DNA from: a virus
Taxonomy: Duplodnaviria; Heunggongvirae; Uroviricota; Caudoviricetes
Strand: one strand, 5' to 3'
Length of the DNA stretch: 47,572 bases
Virus record (IMG/VR): IMGVR_UViG_3300025310_000004
Span: 123,759-171,330 of that record
Below, piece by piece: positions 34,688-44,072 of the stretch (position 1 is the stretch's first letter; the number at the start of each line of letters is the position of its first letter). Under the pieces are notes generated by a model. That model ran no database searches. It was not told where the DNA came from and was given only the letters and a program-made list of their open reading frames with translations. The translations under genes were made by a program, and so were the position numbers.

Positions 34688-34709
34688 TGTCGCACCCATG
34701 TGTTATGGT
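34688..34709 (+). promoter_or_regulatory. Box-N8-(-10) phage promoter
   Basis: TGTCGCAC ccatgtgt TATGGT. Confidence 0.8.
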
Positions 34710-34732
34710 CCTGGCGACGAAAGGAGGCGACC

Positions 34733-34957
34733 ATGAAGCGAGTTCTTGAACCACTCCCCCCCACCCCTGACTACAAGCAAGTCGGCTGGGTCTGCATGTA
34801 TCACGATCCGTCCTACGCGTGGGGTACGGGCCGCATGGCGTGCCACAACCCACTCGACTGCGATCTGGTGCCGGTGTGGGCGCTCAAGCGTGAGGTGGCC
34901 ATCGAGGTCATCAACGGACGGCAGGAGCATCCCCATGCCCAGCAAGAAGAAGTCTGA
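34733..34957 (+). CDS. Hypothetical protein
   Basis: Promoter 34688 and RBS ACGAAAGGAGG. Confidence 0.6.
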   Translation: MKRVLEPLPPTPDYKQVGWVCMYHDPSYAWGTGRMACHNPLDCDLVPVWALKREVAIEVINGRQEHPHAQQEEV

Positions 34958-35213
34958 GCGCCTACACGCTCGCCGCCGAGCGAGAGAGCGCTACGGCATC
35001 GAGGTGGGCAACCACACGCGACGCAAGATCATCCAAGCCATCCAGGGTGGACGCTCCAAGGCGGTCCGCCGTACCTCAACCAACAAGACCGTTCACGACG
35101 TGACTCTCGATGACGGGTTCACCGTCAGGGTCGTCTACGACAAGGAGCGCAAGGAGATCGTGACCTTCTTGCCGCTTGAGAAAGGAGATCAACATGGGAC
35201 ACAGGACATGTAA
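34935..35213 (+). CDS. Basic hypothetical protein (HA..RA.ERYG motif)
   Basis: RBS AGGAG; very basic. Confidence 0.55.
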   Translation: MPSKKKSERLHARRRARERYGIEVGNHTRRKIIQAIQGGRSKAVRRTSTNKTVHDVTLDDGFTVRVVYDKERKEIVTFLPLEKGDQHGTQDM

Positions 35214-36075
35214 GCGGGTGCCGCTCGACTTCGATTGGCCGCTCAACAAGGTCTGGAAGGGCTACACCGAGCCGTGGGAGGAGACTGCGTTCCCTGAGTG
35301 CACCGCGTGTGGTGGCACCGGCAACGCCCTGCACGCCCGGCTGTTGAAGGATCGCTGGTACGGCCACACGAAGTTCGACCCGGCCGAAACCGGCTCCACC
35401 CCCTTCACCCCCGACACCCCCGAGGTGCGCGCCTTCGCCGAGCGCAACGTCAAGAACTCGCCATCGTTCTACGGACACGGCGAGGCCGCGATCGTTCGTG
35501 AGGCTCAGCGCCTCTGCGACCTGTGGAACGGTGCTTGGTCGCATCATCTCGACCAGGATGATGTCGATGCGCTGGTGCGCGCTGATCGCCTGCGCGACCT
35601 GACGCACCGCTTCGATCCCGACGCCTCCGGCCCAGACCGCTGGGTTTCCACCGGCCACTACCCCACCGCCGAGGAGGTCAACCGCTGGTCGCTCACCGGC
35701 TTCGGCCATGACTCGATCAACTGCTGGGTCGTAGTCGAGGCTGCGTGCGAGCGCGCTGGTGTCCCCTACGTCTGCGAGGTGTGTGGTGGCCACGGCAACA
35801 TCGCCACCGACGCCGAGCGCGAGGAGCGTGACAAGATCGAGGGCTACGAGCCGCCCGAGGGCGACGGATGGCAACTCTGGGAGACGACCTCCGAGGGTTC
35901 GCCCACCAGCCCCGTGTTCGCCACGGCCGAGGAACTCGCCGAGTGGTGTGCGGAGAACGCCACCTACTTCGCCGACCTCAAGATGTCCAAGGAGGAGTGG
36001 CTGCGCGGGTTCGTCAACGACACCACCGACGTGGACTCGCTGCTCGTCATCTCCGTACCCAGGAGCGAGCCGTGA
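35194..36075 (+). CDS. Conserved phage hypothetical protein
   Basis: KRVP.DFDWP, CxxCxGxG, EPP.G.GWQ.WET.SEGSP.SPVF; RBS GAAAGGAG. Confidence 0.7.
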   Translation: MGHRTCKRVPLDFDWPLNKVWKGYTEPWEETAFPECTACGGTGNALHARLLKDRWYGHTKFDPAETGSTPFTPDTPEVRAFAERNVKNSPSFYGHGEAAIVREAQRLCDLWNGAWSHHLDQDDVDALVRADRLRDLTHRFDPDASGPDRWVSTGHYPTAEEVNRWSLTGFGHDSINCWVVVEAACERAGVPYVCEVCGGHGNIATDAEREERDKIEGYEPPEGDGWQLWETTSEGSPTSPVFATAEELAEWCAENATYFADLKMSKEEWLRGFVNDTTDVDSLLVISVPRSEP

Positions 36076-36491
36076 CCACCATCGATGCCTCCAACATCAA
36101 GGCCATGTGCTGGGTGCACAGCGACGGCCCTGCCGGGGTTGGCATCTATCAGGTCGATGAGCGCGGCTGTCCGCACAAGCCGATCATCCACGTCGAGATG
36201 ACCGCGACAGAGATGGCCGAGTTGGCCTTCGACCTGCTCAACGCCGCTCGCGACATCGACGCTGGTGCGGTCTACGGGGCACGCATGTCCCAGCCGTTGG
36301 CGCTGACGCCAGAGGATCAGGAAGTGATCCTTGAACTTCTCCGCAAGGCCGCATCCTCAAGCCTGACCTGCGACTACTGCGGGGACCGGACCGAGACGTG
36401 GGAGACACGCACCTACCTGGGTGACCATCTCAACGTCTGCCACGAGTGCGCCGTATGGATCGACGCCGAGAACGTTAAGGAGCCAGAATGA
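36072..36491 (+). CDS. Hypothetical protein
   Basis: GTGA coupling; C-terminal CxxC pair. Confidence 0.55.
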   Translation: MTTIDASNIKAMCWVHSDGPAGVGIYQVDERGCPHKPIIHVEMTATEMAELAFDLLNAARDIDAGAVYGARMSQPLALTPEDQEVILELLRKAASSSLTCDYCGDRTETWETRTYLGDHLNVCHECAVWIDAENVKEPE

Positions 36492-37255
36492 ACGACGAAC
36501 ACACTGACGATGAGGTGGTTCCCCAGCCAGCCACCGACATGATTCGCGTCGCACTGTTCAGGCACATCGGTATGGCCATGGAATACCGGGGTCTGGATGA
36601 CGTGTCGAACTACATGGCTTGGACGGGCTGCCCGGAGAACGAAGCGGTCGATGCCATCCAGCGAGTCATGGACATGCCGCTTGACCCCGAGTGGGACATC
36701 GAGGCGCTCGCCGTGATTCTGGGCGAGTTGGGCTTCACGTTCACCGTCAGCAGCATCCTGCAGGAGCAGGTCCCACCCGACCCCGACACGGTAACCCCAC
36801 TCAGCGGGATCACCGTACAGGACCTCATCGACTCGCCGGACCCTGTTATTGGTTCGATGATGTCTGGGCTTTCGCCGCTCCACCTCGATCGCTTTGGTTA
36901 TGACGTGATGGAAGCATTCGAGGACGACGAGCAGACCTTGTTCATTCGCGATGTCGTCAGAATCGGCCTCCCGTTTATCCATGCCGTCTTGGACAACCCC
37001 TGGCCTCTTGGTGATCTCGATGGTCCGTTCAATCCCGACAATCCCGAGCGGGCACAGGACAGCGATGCGAGGAACTTCATGATCCGCGCCACCGTCACGA
37101 CCAACTTCTACGTCAGGATTCTTGAAGGGTTCCTCGCCTCGATGTGGGACACGATCGGCGAGTTGGGTGGAGACACCAGCAAGATCACGGCCTCGTTGGA
37201 GTACGTCGATGATTCGATCATCGAGGGAATCGTCCGCTCTATCAAGGGAGAATGA
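36488..37255 (+). CDS. Hypothetical acidic protein
   Basis: 255 aa; RBS AAGGAG. Confidence 0.6.
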   Translation: MNDEHTDDEVVPQPATDMIRVALFRHIGMAMEYRGLDDVSNYMAWTGCPENEAVDAIQRVMDMPLDPEWDIEALAVILGELGFTFTVSSILQEQVPPDPDTVTPLSGITVQDLIDSPDPVIGSMMSGLSPLHLDRFGYDVMEAFEDDEQTLFIRDVVRIGLPFIHAVLDNPWPLGDLDGPFNPDNPERAQDSDARNFMIRATVTTNFYVRILEGFLASMWDTIGELGGDTSKITASLEYVDDSIIEGIVRSIKGE

Positions 37256-37256
37256 G

Positions 37257-37556
37257 ATGAGCCACCGTGACCTGATCGTTGCCGACGATGATGGCAACCT
37301 CACCACCAACCGTGCCTACTACGGCACCACGACCTTCAACCCACCTCCCATCAAGGGGTGGGATACCCCTCCCGCACCTCCTCCGCCATGGGCGGATGGT
37401 TCGCTGCCGGACATGAACCTCTACACCGAGTTGGAGTTGTTCGTCGCTGGACGCCTCTCCACGATGGCCCCGTTCGCCAGGTACCACCCCGCCTGGGCAC
37501 TCCCGTTCGCTCGGGCCGCCCTTGAGGCGTGCGGTGATTGGGAGCCGTCGTCATGA
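37257..37556 (+). CDS. Hypothetical protein
   Basis: Adjacent to upstream stop. Confidence 0.5.
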   Translation: MSHRDLIVADDDGNLTTNRAYYGTTTFNPPPIKGWDTPPAPPPPWADGSLPDMNLYTELELFVAGRLSTMAPFARYHPAWALPFARAALEACGDWEPSS

Positions 37557-37891
37557 CCATGCCCATCCCCGACGACTTCGAGGACGTTCTCAATTTCGTG
37601 GCCGAGATGGTCACACTCATCACCGAGGGCAACTACATCACCCCAGAGGAACAGGCGGCTGTTATCGCTGAGACACACTCATCGGAACAAATCGCGTTCT
37701 ATCTGCAGACATCGTGGGTGATGAGCGCCGCCTTCGCCAAGGCCCTCTCTCGCCGCAAGCGCGGTGGATCGGTGCGCGACATGATGAGGCACTACGTCGC
37801 CAAGTCCATGAGCGACCTTGAGTTCACCCGCGACGTGCTTGCCGGGATCGATGATCTCCCCGGCGACCCGAACATGGGATTCGTGGACTGA
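37553..37891 (+). CDS. Hypothetical protein
   Basis: ATGA coupling. Confidence 0.55.
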   Translation: MTMPIPDDFEDVLNFVAEMVTLITEGNYITPEEQAAVIAETHSSEQIAFYLQTSWVMSAAFAKALSRRKRGGSVRDMMRHYVAKSMSDLEFTRDVLAGIDDLPGDPNMGFVD

Positions 37892-38274
37892 TGGCTACCA
37901 AGCCCTACGCCGTCGAGATCGAGGCCATCAGGTATGCCTCCTTCGAGGCACCCAAGGCGCAGTCGGCAACCGAGTGGGAAGGTCGCATCACCACGATCCT
38001 GGGACACCATGACGGAGAGGTGTTCCGCGAGTTGCTGCGTTACGAGACGGGCGACTACCTCGGCCCCGCCAAGAACTACCTGGCGGCCATCTCCGGCGTG
38101 ACGATCGCCTGGGCCAAGATGCGCGGGCTGTCCTTCGAGGCATACGTCTACAGCGCCGAGGCGGGTGAGGCGTTGTGTCGCACCTTGATGCTCCTCGGCT
38201 TCAACTCCGCCGTCGTGGACTCGTTTGACCATTGGCACGACGGAGAAACCCACATGGTGAGAGGATCGTTGTGA
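37891..38274 (+). CDS. Hypothetical protein
   Basis: TGATG coupling. Confidence 0.55.
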   Translation: MATKPYAVEIEAIRYASFEAPKAQSATEWEGRITTILGHHDGEVFRELLRYETGDYLGPAKNYLAAISGVTIAWAKMRGLSFEAYVYSAEAGEALCRTLMLLGFNSAVVDSFDHWHDGETHMVRGSL

Positions 38275-39173
38275 GCCGCGTCTACTTCCATTCCATCGAC
38301 GGTGATGCCGAACTCCGCGGGTCGGAGCGCGCCTACGCCGGGGGTGTCACGAGCAACATGGCCCTGTCCATGCTGCGCGACTCCATCGGCGGCGGTCGAG
38401 AGCGCTACGAGCGCTTACTGCCCCGTGACCACTACCTCCGCAACGTCAAGGACGAGCATTGGATGAACTCGTTCAGGACGTGGTGGAACGTCGGATTCGA
38501 CTCTCATGAGTTCGACTTCGATGGCTACCACATCTCGCCATGGCAGATCATCCTCAACACCGCTCTGGTGATGGGTTCGGATGCAGTCGAACTCCTGGCT
38601 CGCATCCACGCCACCTGCGAGATTCACGGCTACATCGAGGGCGAGCACCGTGAGTGGCTTGCTGACATCATCGAGGTTGGTCGCGAGGATCGCGTACTGC
38701 GCCCCAATCAGGGCTGGGAGGACGTGATGGCCCTGCTCCGCAAGACCGACGCATCTCCCGTGGTGATGTCCTACAGCGTGTGTGAGCGCTTCCCCAACGC
38801 GTATGTCGCCAAGGAGGCCGGACTGTGGAGTCCTGGCCCTGAGCACTGCGGCCATTACACAGCCGAACAGGAGGCTGAGAACCGTCGCTGGTACGCCGAG
38901 CACCAGAAGGACCCCCTCTACGGCCACCTTTCATCCTTCCCCTACAGCGGCTTCAAGGAAGGCGACTACTGGTGGGACGGTGACGAGTGGTACGACATCG
39001 AGCCTGACGCCCAATGGGACATGTGCATCGAGGCCCTTCGCACCAAGTGGGCGGGCAGCATCAACATCAACCCTGACATCTGGGGTGAGCGCGGCTTCGG
39101 CCCCGACGACGGAGAAGGACGCGCCTGGTCGATCTTCGATGTCGAGGAGTGGCTGGATCGGCAGGGGTCATGA
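38271..39173 (+). CDS. Hypothetical protein (300 aa)
   Basis: GTGA coupling; strong GC3 bias. Confidence 0.65.
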   Translation: MSRVYFHSIDGDAELRGSERAYAGGVTSNMALSMLRDSIGGGRERYERLLPRDHYLRNVKDEHWMNSFRTWWNVGFDSHEFDFDGYHISPWQIILNTALVMGSDAVELLARIHATCEIHGYIEGEHREWLADIIEVGREDRVLRPNQGWEDVMALLRKTDASPVVMSYSVCERFPNAYVAKEAGLWSPGPEHCGHYTAEQEAENRRWYAEHQKDPLYGHLSSFPYSGFKEGDYWWDGDEWYDIEPDAQWDMCIEALRTKWAGSININPDIWGERGFGPDDGEGRAWSIFDVEEWLDRQGS

Positions 39174-39337
39174 GCATCCAGGGAAACGCCGGGGCTGGGC
39201 GCGCCGCCAGAGAGATCAGGGAGTATGCCGAGTCGCTTGAGCGCAACGTCACTGACCCTGAGGCGACGTGGGTAATCGCTCAGATCATCGCCAAGGCAGA
39301 GGAGATCGAGTTGCAGTGCGATACGGGGTGGTACTGA
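39170..39337 (+). CDS. Hypothetical protein
   Basis: ATGA coupling. Confidence 0.5.
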   Translation: MSIQGNAGAGRAAREIREYAESLERNVTDPEATWVIAQIIAKAEEIELQCDTGWY

Positions 39338-39522
39338 TGAGCGACCCCATCCCCTACTCCCTCAACATCAACACCAGGCCCAGGTGCCCTGAGTGTGGTT
39401 CCATCGCCATCGCCTCACGCTTGATCTTCACTGATCAGCCGAACGGCGAGGGCTACTTCACCTATATGGGCAAGGTCTGCAAGTCCTGCGACCACCAATG
39501 GCGACCTGAGGAGACTCAATGA
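39337..39522 (+). CDS. Small zinc-ribbon protein
   Basis: CPECGS..CKSCDHQW. Confidence 0.55.
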   Translation: MSDPIPYSLNINTRPRCPECGSIAIASRLIFTDQPNGEGYFTYMGKVCKSCDHQWRPEETQ

Positions 39523-39752
39523 GCGTTGAGCGACTTTCATGCCCCGACTGCGGGGTGGAGGCGAACATCTCCATCGTCTCCTGTGGCCGGTGGCGTGGCT
39601 ATTGGGTGGACTTCTACGTCTACGAGCCAGCCACGGGTAGGCGCGGAGCAACCGTCACCCACCACTCGCTGTTCCGTTGGACGGCGAACGCCTACGCCAA
39701 GTTCTTGCGGCGCTCGATCATCAACGGCCTCAAGGAGTGCCCTGGTGCCTGA
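39519..39752 (+). CDS. Hypothetical protein
   Basis: ATGA coupling; CPDC. Confidence 0.5.
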   Translation: MSVERLSCPDCGVEANISIVSCGRWRGYWVDFYVYEPATGRRGATVTHHSLFRWTANAYAKFLRRSIINGLKECPGA

Positions 39753-40320
39753 CCCGCTCCCGCTCAACCTCGATGACCACGTTCGCTGGTGGCTCAACCA
39801 CCCCGAGGGGTCGCGTGCGCTGTACCACCCCCAGGGTTATGAAGGACTTACCAGCGAGGATCGCACCGTTGAGATGTATGTCATAACGGTGCTGGACTTC
39901 GATCTTGAGGTCCATTTCTGCATCTCGGTGCGCTGGCGTCCCTATCTGGCCATGGAGCGCTCCCAGGAGGTATGGGATGCGAACCCTGAGGTGCGTGACC
40001 ACCTGTTCCTGAGCGTGGAGTTGCTCAAGCGTTGGCCCGAGCAGGAAGGTCCGATCTGGCGCGCTGCCTGGATGGGTCGCCCACACCACCCCTTCGACAA
40101 GGACTCCCCCACCACCCGCGAGGTGATGACGGCGCTGCTCGATTTCATCGAGGGTGCCCCCCATACGCCGTGCACGCCTATCGAGGCCCGCTGGTGCCCC
40201 AGGTGCGGCGACTGTCGCTGTGAGGCCGATTGGAGCGACCTCGCCAACCCCGACTGCCCGCTACACGGCATGGATTCCGACCATCCGAAGGTGTACCCAG
40301 CCGACGAGCCGTCACACTGA
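39745..40320 (+). CDS. Hypothetical protein with C-terminal Cys cluster
   Basis: RBS AAGGAG; WCPRCGDC.C..CPLHG. Confidence 0.55.
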   Translation: MPDPLPLNLDDHVRWWLNHPEGSRALYHPQGYEGLTSEDRTVEMYVITVLDFDLEVHFCISVRWRPYLAMERSQEVWDANPEVRDHLFLSVELLKRWPEQEGPIWRAAWMGRPHHPFDKDSPTTREVMTALLDFIEGAPHTPCTPIEARWCPRCGDCRCEADWSDLANPDCPLHGMDSDHPKVYPADEPSH

Positions 40321-40331
40321 CGTGCTATTGT
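40310..40331 (+). promoter_or_regulatory. Box-N8-(-10) phage promoter
   Basis: CGTCACAC tgacgtgc TATTGT. Confidence 0.75.
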
Positions 40332-40356
40332 CTCGGCCGCCAGAAAGGAGCCTCCC

Positions 40357-40977
40357 ATGAGCGACCTCGTACAAGCCATCCTGATCCCCAAGGGCGACCA
40401 CATCCACGAGGACGTGGTAGTTGCTGTCGCAACCGCTTCGGTGAAGGCTCTCGTGTTCACCCGTCAGTTCCCGATCTGGGACGAGTGGCTGGCTGGTCCG
40501 TTCACCAAGACGGTGCGCCGGGCCACGATCACGCAGTTCGATGACGCCACCGAGTACGCCGTGGCTGCCGCACAAGAAGGCGACACCCAGGTGATCGCCA
40601 CGGCCCCCATGCGCTACGAGGACTTCCCCAAGTGCATCGCCAAGGCCCAGGTGCAGGGAACCGACTACCCCCACCGTGGTTCCTACCTGTGGCCGCCGAT
40701 CCTGAGCGATGACGAGCCGCTCGTGGCGATCAACCCTCGCGTCGAGATGACCACCGGCAAGACGGCCGCCCAGGTTGCCCATGGCCTGATGGCCGCCATC
40801 CTCCGCCGCGACCCTGAGTGGATCAAGGGATGGGTGGAGCGTCAATGCCCGTGGGGCTGCTTCGTTGCCCCTACGGTCAGCGAGTTCGACTCCTGGGCGA
40901 CCAACTCCCCGGTCCACATCAACGATGCCGGGTACACCGAGGTCGAGCCAGGGACCCTGACGGTGGTGGCCTCCTGA
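40357..40977 (+). CDS. Peptidyl-tRNA hydrolase II (PTH2)-like protein
   Basis: W..GPFTKTVRRA..MTTGKTAAQVAH..INDAGYTEVEPGT.TV; own promoter. Confidence 0.8.
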   Translation: MSDLVQAILIPKGDHIHEDVVVAVATASVKALVFTRQFPIWDEWLAGPFTKTVRRATITQFDDATEYAVAAAQEGDTQVIATAPMRYEDFPKCIAKAQVQGTDYPHRGSYLWPPILSDDEPLVAINPRVEMTTGKTAAQVAHGLMAAILRRDPEWIKGWVERQCPWGCFVAPTVSEFDSWATNSPVHINDAGYTEVEPGTLTVVAS

Positions 40978-40979
40978 GG

Positions 40980-41001
40980 TGTCGCACCCGTGTGATACTC
41001 T
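40980..41001 (+). promoter_or_regulatory. Box-N8-(-10) phage promoter
   Basis: TGTCGCAC ccgtgtga TACTCT. Confidence 0.8.
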
Positions 41002-41028
41002 ACGGGCCGTCAACGAAAGGAGATCACC

Positions 41029-41442
41029 ATGAGCACCTTCAACGCCGAGGAGTACGAGCGCCGCCAGGCCATCAAGCGTGAGCGTCTCGCTCCGCTATAC
41101 GCCCGCCTGGACGGCCACCCTGGGATGATCTCAGTCGGCCCCGGCTGGTACGACCTCGTGCTGGCTCTCGACGCCCGCCTGGCTGAGATCGATCCCGACT
41201 ACCGCATCGCTCAGGTCAAGGAGAAGTTCGGCGGCCTGCGCTACTACGCGTCATCGACCGTGAACTTCGACGGCGACTTCCGCGACAGCCCGTTCCAACA
41301 GGCCATCAACGAGGCCGAGGCCCTCGCATGGCGCACCTGTGAGGACTGTGGCGCTCCCGGCCGCGAGGCTGGTGGCAGTTGGTCCATCGTGCTCTGTGAA
41401 GCCTGCGAGACGGCTCGCGCTGGTGATCGGAAGATCAAGTGA
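41029..41442 (+). CDS. Conserved phage hypothetical protein
   Basis: GPGW..L..QVKEKFGGLRYY..TCEDCG..LCEAC. Confidence 0.7.
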   Translation: MSTFNAEEYERRQAIKRERLAPLYARLDGHPGMISVGPGWYDLVLALDARLAEIDPDYRIAQVKEKFGGLRYYASSTVNFDGDFRDSPFQQAINEAEALAWRTCEDCGAPGREAGGSWSIVLCEACETARAGDRKIK

Positions 41443-41678
41443 CCACCGACGCCGAGCGCTCCTACAGCGAACTCGCCGAGATGTGGCTCAAGGGAGAGCG
41501 TTCGTGGTGGAACACCTTCGCTGGCTCAGACGACGCCGAGGCGCGCTGCCAGGCCGCCGACATCGCCACGGCCAACACCTACGCGCTGCTCGCCCTGGCT
41601 GACGCCATCAACGCCAAGTCCGGCACCCAGACGATCGACCCGAAAGGCGTCCTGTTCATCGGAGAGGTCCGTGTCTGA
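41439..41678 (+). CDS. Hypothetical protein
   Basis: GTGA coupling. Confidence 0.55.
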   Translation: MTTDAERSYSELAEMWLKGERSWWNTFAGSDDAEARCQAADIATANTYALLALADAINAKSGTQTIDPKGVLFIGEVRV

Positions 41679-41964
41679 CATCGAGATCGGCGAGTTCGCC
41701 GAACGGTGCCCGGACAACTGCGAGGACGGCCGCCTCACCTGGATGCGTGATGGCGTCAAGTGGGGCTGCCCTTGCGATCGTTGCGGCGGCTATGGCTGGG
41801 TCGCCCTTGGCGGCGATCCCGCTGTTCGCCTCAAGGACGTGATCGACCTCATCATCGAGGAGATGGCCAACGCCACCATCGACTACCGCTCGGCTGGGCG
41901 CGCCGCCCTGCCCTACAGGGGCCTCTTGGACCGCCTGCTCGGGGATCGTGAGGTTGTGTCATGA
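41671..41964 (+). CDS. Zinc-finger protein, paralog family member 1
   Basis: CPDNCEDG..CDRCGGYG..V.L.DVI. Confidence 0.6.
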   Translation: MSDIEIGEFAERCPDNCEDGRLTWMRDGVKWGCPCDRCGGYGWVALGGDPAVRLKDVIDLIIEEMANATIDYRSAGRAALPYRGLLDRLLGDREVVS

Positions 41965-42191
41965 GCCGCCCATGGATCGACGCCCAGGACGATGGTGAGG
42001 ACGTGGTGATCCGCGTCGGTGCCAACGACGCCGACCGCATCGCCCATGCGCTCCGCATGCACGGGCAGCGCTCGGTCTGCGCCCAGGACTACTTCCACAT
42101 GGCTGCCGCCATCGAGCGGGCCGTCGAGGACGCGTTCGAGAACGGAGCGCTCCCGGCCCCCGGCATCGTGCTCAAGGTGGTGCCGCGATGA
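41961..42191 (+). CDS. Hypothetical protein
   Basis: ATGA coupling. Confidence 0.55.
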   Translation: MSRPWIDAQDDGEDVVIRVGANDADRIAHALRMHGQRSVCAQDYFHMAAAIERAVEDAFENGALPAPGIVLKVVPR

Positions 42192-42496
42192 TCTTCCAAC
42201 CCATGGCCCCCGGCTTCCTCGCCCAGACGTGCCCCGACTGCAACGGCGATGGCGTCGTCTGCAGTGGTGTGGGCCGCGATCAGTGGCCGCCCTTGGAGTG
42301 CCCCGAGTGTGGTGGCGATGGAACCATCATTCGCGAGGACATCGTGGCCGTCGCCTTGGGTGACGTGATCAACATGTTGCGCGACGAGATCGCCAACGTT
42401 GCCACCGACTACGGCACCGAGATGGCGCACTTGCCGCAGGCTGCCCTTCTGCAGTTCCGTGACCGCCTCCTGAAAGAGTACGGGGTTCAGGGATGA
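42188..42496 (+). CDS. Zinc-finger protein, paralog family member 2
   Basis: FLAQTCPDCNGDG..CPECGGDG..V.L.DVI. Confidence 0.6.
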   Translation: MIFQPMAPGFLAQTCPDCNGDGVVCSGVGRDQWPPLECPECGGDGTIIREDIVAVALGDVINMLRDEIANVATDYGTEMAHLPQAALLQFRDRLLKEYGVQG

Positions 42497-42843
42497 GCCG
42501 CTACGACGACTACCCCGACCATCCGCTCTGCGGTTTCCCTGAGAGCGTCCTTGAGGTCGCCCGCGAGAGCCTGCAGGGCGCGGTCGAGTGGGGTGACATC
42601 TCCGAGGACATGCGCGATCCCATCGCCGATGCCATGGTGATGGCCCTTCTTCCCTGGATCGATACATCGAGGGTGGTCATCGCGGATGATCCTGAGCCGT
42701 GCCCCGGCGAATGCGAGGACGGCTGGGTCATCCTCAACCCCGATTGGCCCAACGGTGAACTCCCCTACCGCGAGAAGTGCTCCTACGTCGGTGATGACGA
42801 GTACCGGGTGTCGCACCCGACCTTCTGGGGGACTCGGCGATGA
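42493..42843 (+). CDS. Hypothetical protein
   Basis: ATGA coupling; CPGECEDG. Confidence 0.55.
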   Translation: MSRYDDYPDHPLCGFPESVLEVARESLQGAVEWGDISEDMRDPIADAMVMALLPWIDTSRVVIADDPEPCPGECEDGWVILNPDWPNGELPYREKCSYVGDDEYRVSHPTFWGTRR

Positions 42844-43139
42844 AGCCCCAGACGACCGGCTTTCTGGCCACCGAGTGCCCATCCTGTGATGGCACGGGCG
42901 ACATCGTGGTCAAGCGCGGCCTTGAGCAACTGCCATGGCGCTACGACTGCGACGACTGTCGCTCGACCGGCTGGATCATCCACAGCGATACACCGGCCAT
43001 CTCGGTCAGCGGCGTCTTGAACATCATCGATGAGCGCTCCGGTGGAGGAGCAATCGGCGGTGAGGTCAAGCAGGGATGGGTGGCAGCGAAGAACCACATC
43101 AAGAGCCACATCGAGGGCGCTTTCGAGGAGGCCAGATGA
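42840..43139 (+). CDS. Zinc-finger protein, paralog family member 3
   Basis: FLATECPSCDGTG..CDDCRSTG. Confidence 0.6.
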   Translation: MKPQTTGFLATECPSCDGTGDIVVKRGLEQLPWRYDCDDCRSTGWIIHSDTPAISVSGVLNIIDERSGGGAIGGEVKQGWVAAKNHIKSHIEGAFEEAR

Positions 43140-43357
43140 GCGCACGAGACGACACCATCAAGGCCGTTCGCATCGCCCAGCGCGACGCCAACGTGACGGA
43201 GGTTCTGACCCTCCTGGGTCACCTCTACTACTCCCCATCGAAGTTCAAGGCCGACGAGGTTCGTGGTCTTGTTGGCCGCGCCACCCAGATGATCCGTGAC
43301 CTCCACACCGACGTGAGGGGGTGGGAAGCACATGAGCAAGAAGTGGAAGGCCGGTGA
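43136..43357 (+). CDS. Hypothetical protein
   Basis: ATGA coupling. Confidence 0.5.
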   Translation: MSARDDTIKAVRIAQRDANVTEVLTLLGHLYYSPSKFKADEVRGLVGRATQMIRDLHTDVRGWEAHEQEVEGR

Positions 43358-43574
43358 CCATCCCAAGGCTCCGATGCCGTCGCGCTTCGTGGTGGCCGTG
43401 GACAAGGTGATCTTCGCTGAGCAGGACGTGGCTCACGCCGAGCGCGCGCTGCGTTCCGCCAAGCGGGCGCTCGCCGAGGCCAGGGAGCACATGCACGAGG
43501 TGATGCCCCCTGAGATCGACAACGCCAAGGTCGGGTACCGACTGCCCGATGTGTTCGCATGGAGGCGACCATGA
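43332..43574 (+). CDS. Hypothetical coiled-coil protein
   Basis: Overlaps neighbours. Confidence 0.5.
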   Translation: MSKKWKAGDHPKAPMPSRFVVAVDKVIFAEQDVAHAERALRSAKRALAEAREHMHEVMPPEIDNAKVGYRLPDVFAWRRP

Positions 43575-43855
43575 GTGCCCCTGGTATCCACGAGTTCGAG
43601 CGCCTCACCCAGCCGGATTGGTGCAACGCCCCTCAGCCCGGCAACTGGAAGAACGCCTGTATGCGTAGTCCTGGCCACGACGGTGATCACGCCGTCCGCA
43701 AGTGGTACGACTACGACGAGTGCTTCGCTTGGCCAGATTCCTGGCCCGTGCGCTCCACCTACGCCTACAAGTTCCCCGACCTGTGGCATCCCCTTCGTGA
43801 CCCCGAGGAACGCAGCATCGATGACTACTTCCACGATGGGGACGGCTGGGGATGA
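43571..43855 (+). CDS. Hypothetical protein
   Basis: RBS GGAGG; C.R.PGH.GDH motif. Confidence 0.55.
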   Translation: MSAPGIHEFERLTQPDWCNAPQPGNWKNACMRSPGHDGDHAVRKWYDYDECFAWPDSWPVRSTYAYKFPDLWHPLRDPEERSIDDYFHDGDGWG

Positions 43856-44070
43856 CCGGCACCTACTACATCGACACGGCCGTCAACGGCCGCGACTTCG
43901 CCAGGTTCATCTCCTGGCTGGCGATCCTGGGCATCTGCCCGTTCCGCTACGAACAGCACCATGCCCACCGCGTGGAGGTCTGGCTGCCGCGCCCATGGCT
44001 GGCCGATGGCACCCACGAGGTGACCACCTACCAGCACTACACCTTCCCCGCTGAGTGGCTCAAGGAGTAA
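43852..44070 (+). CDS. Hypothetical protein
   Basis: ATGA coupling. Confidence 0.55.
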   Translation: MTGTYYIDTAVNGRDFARFISWLAILGICPFRYEQHHAHRVEVWLPRPWLADGTHEVTTYQHYTFPAEWLKE

Positions 44071-44072
44071 TC

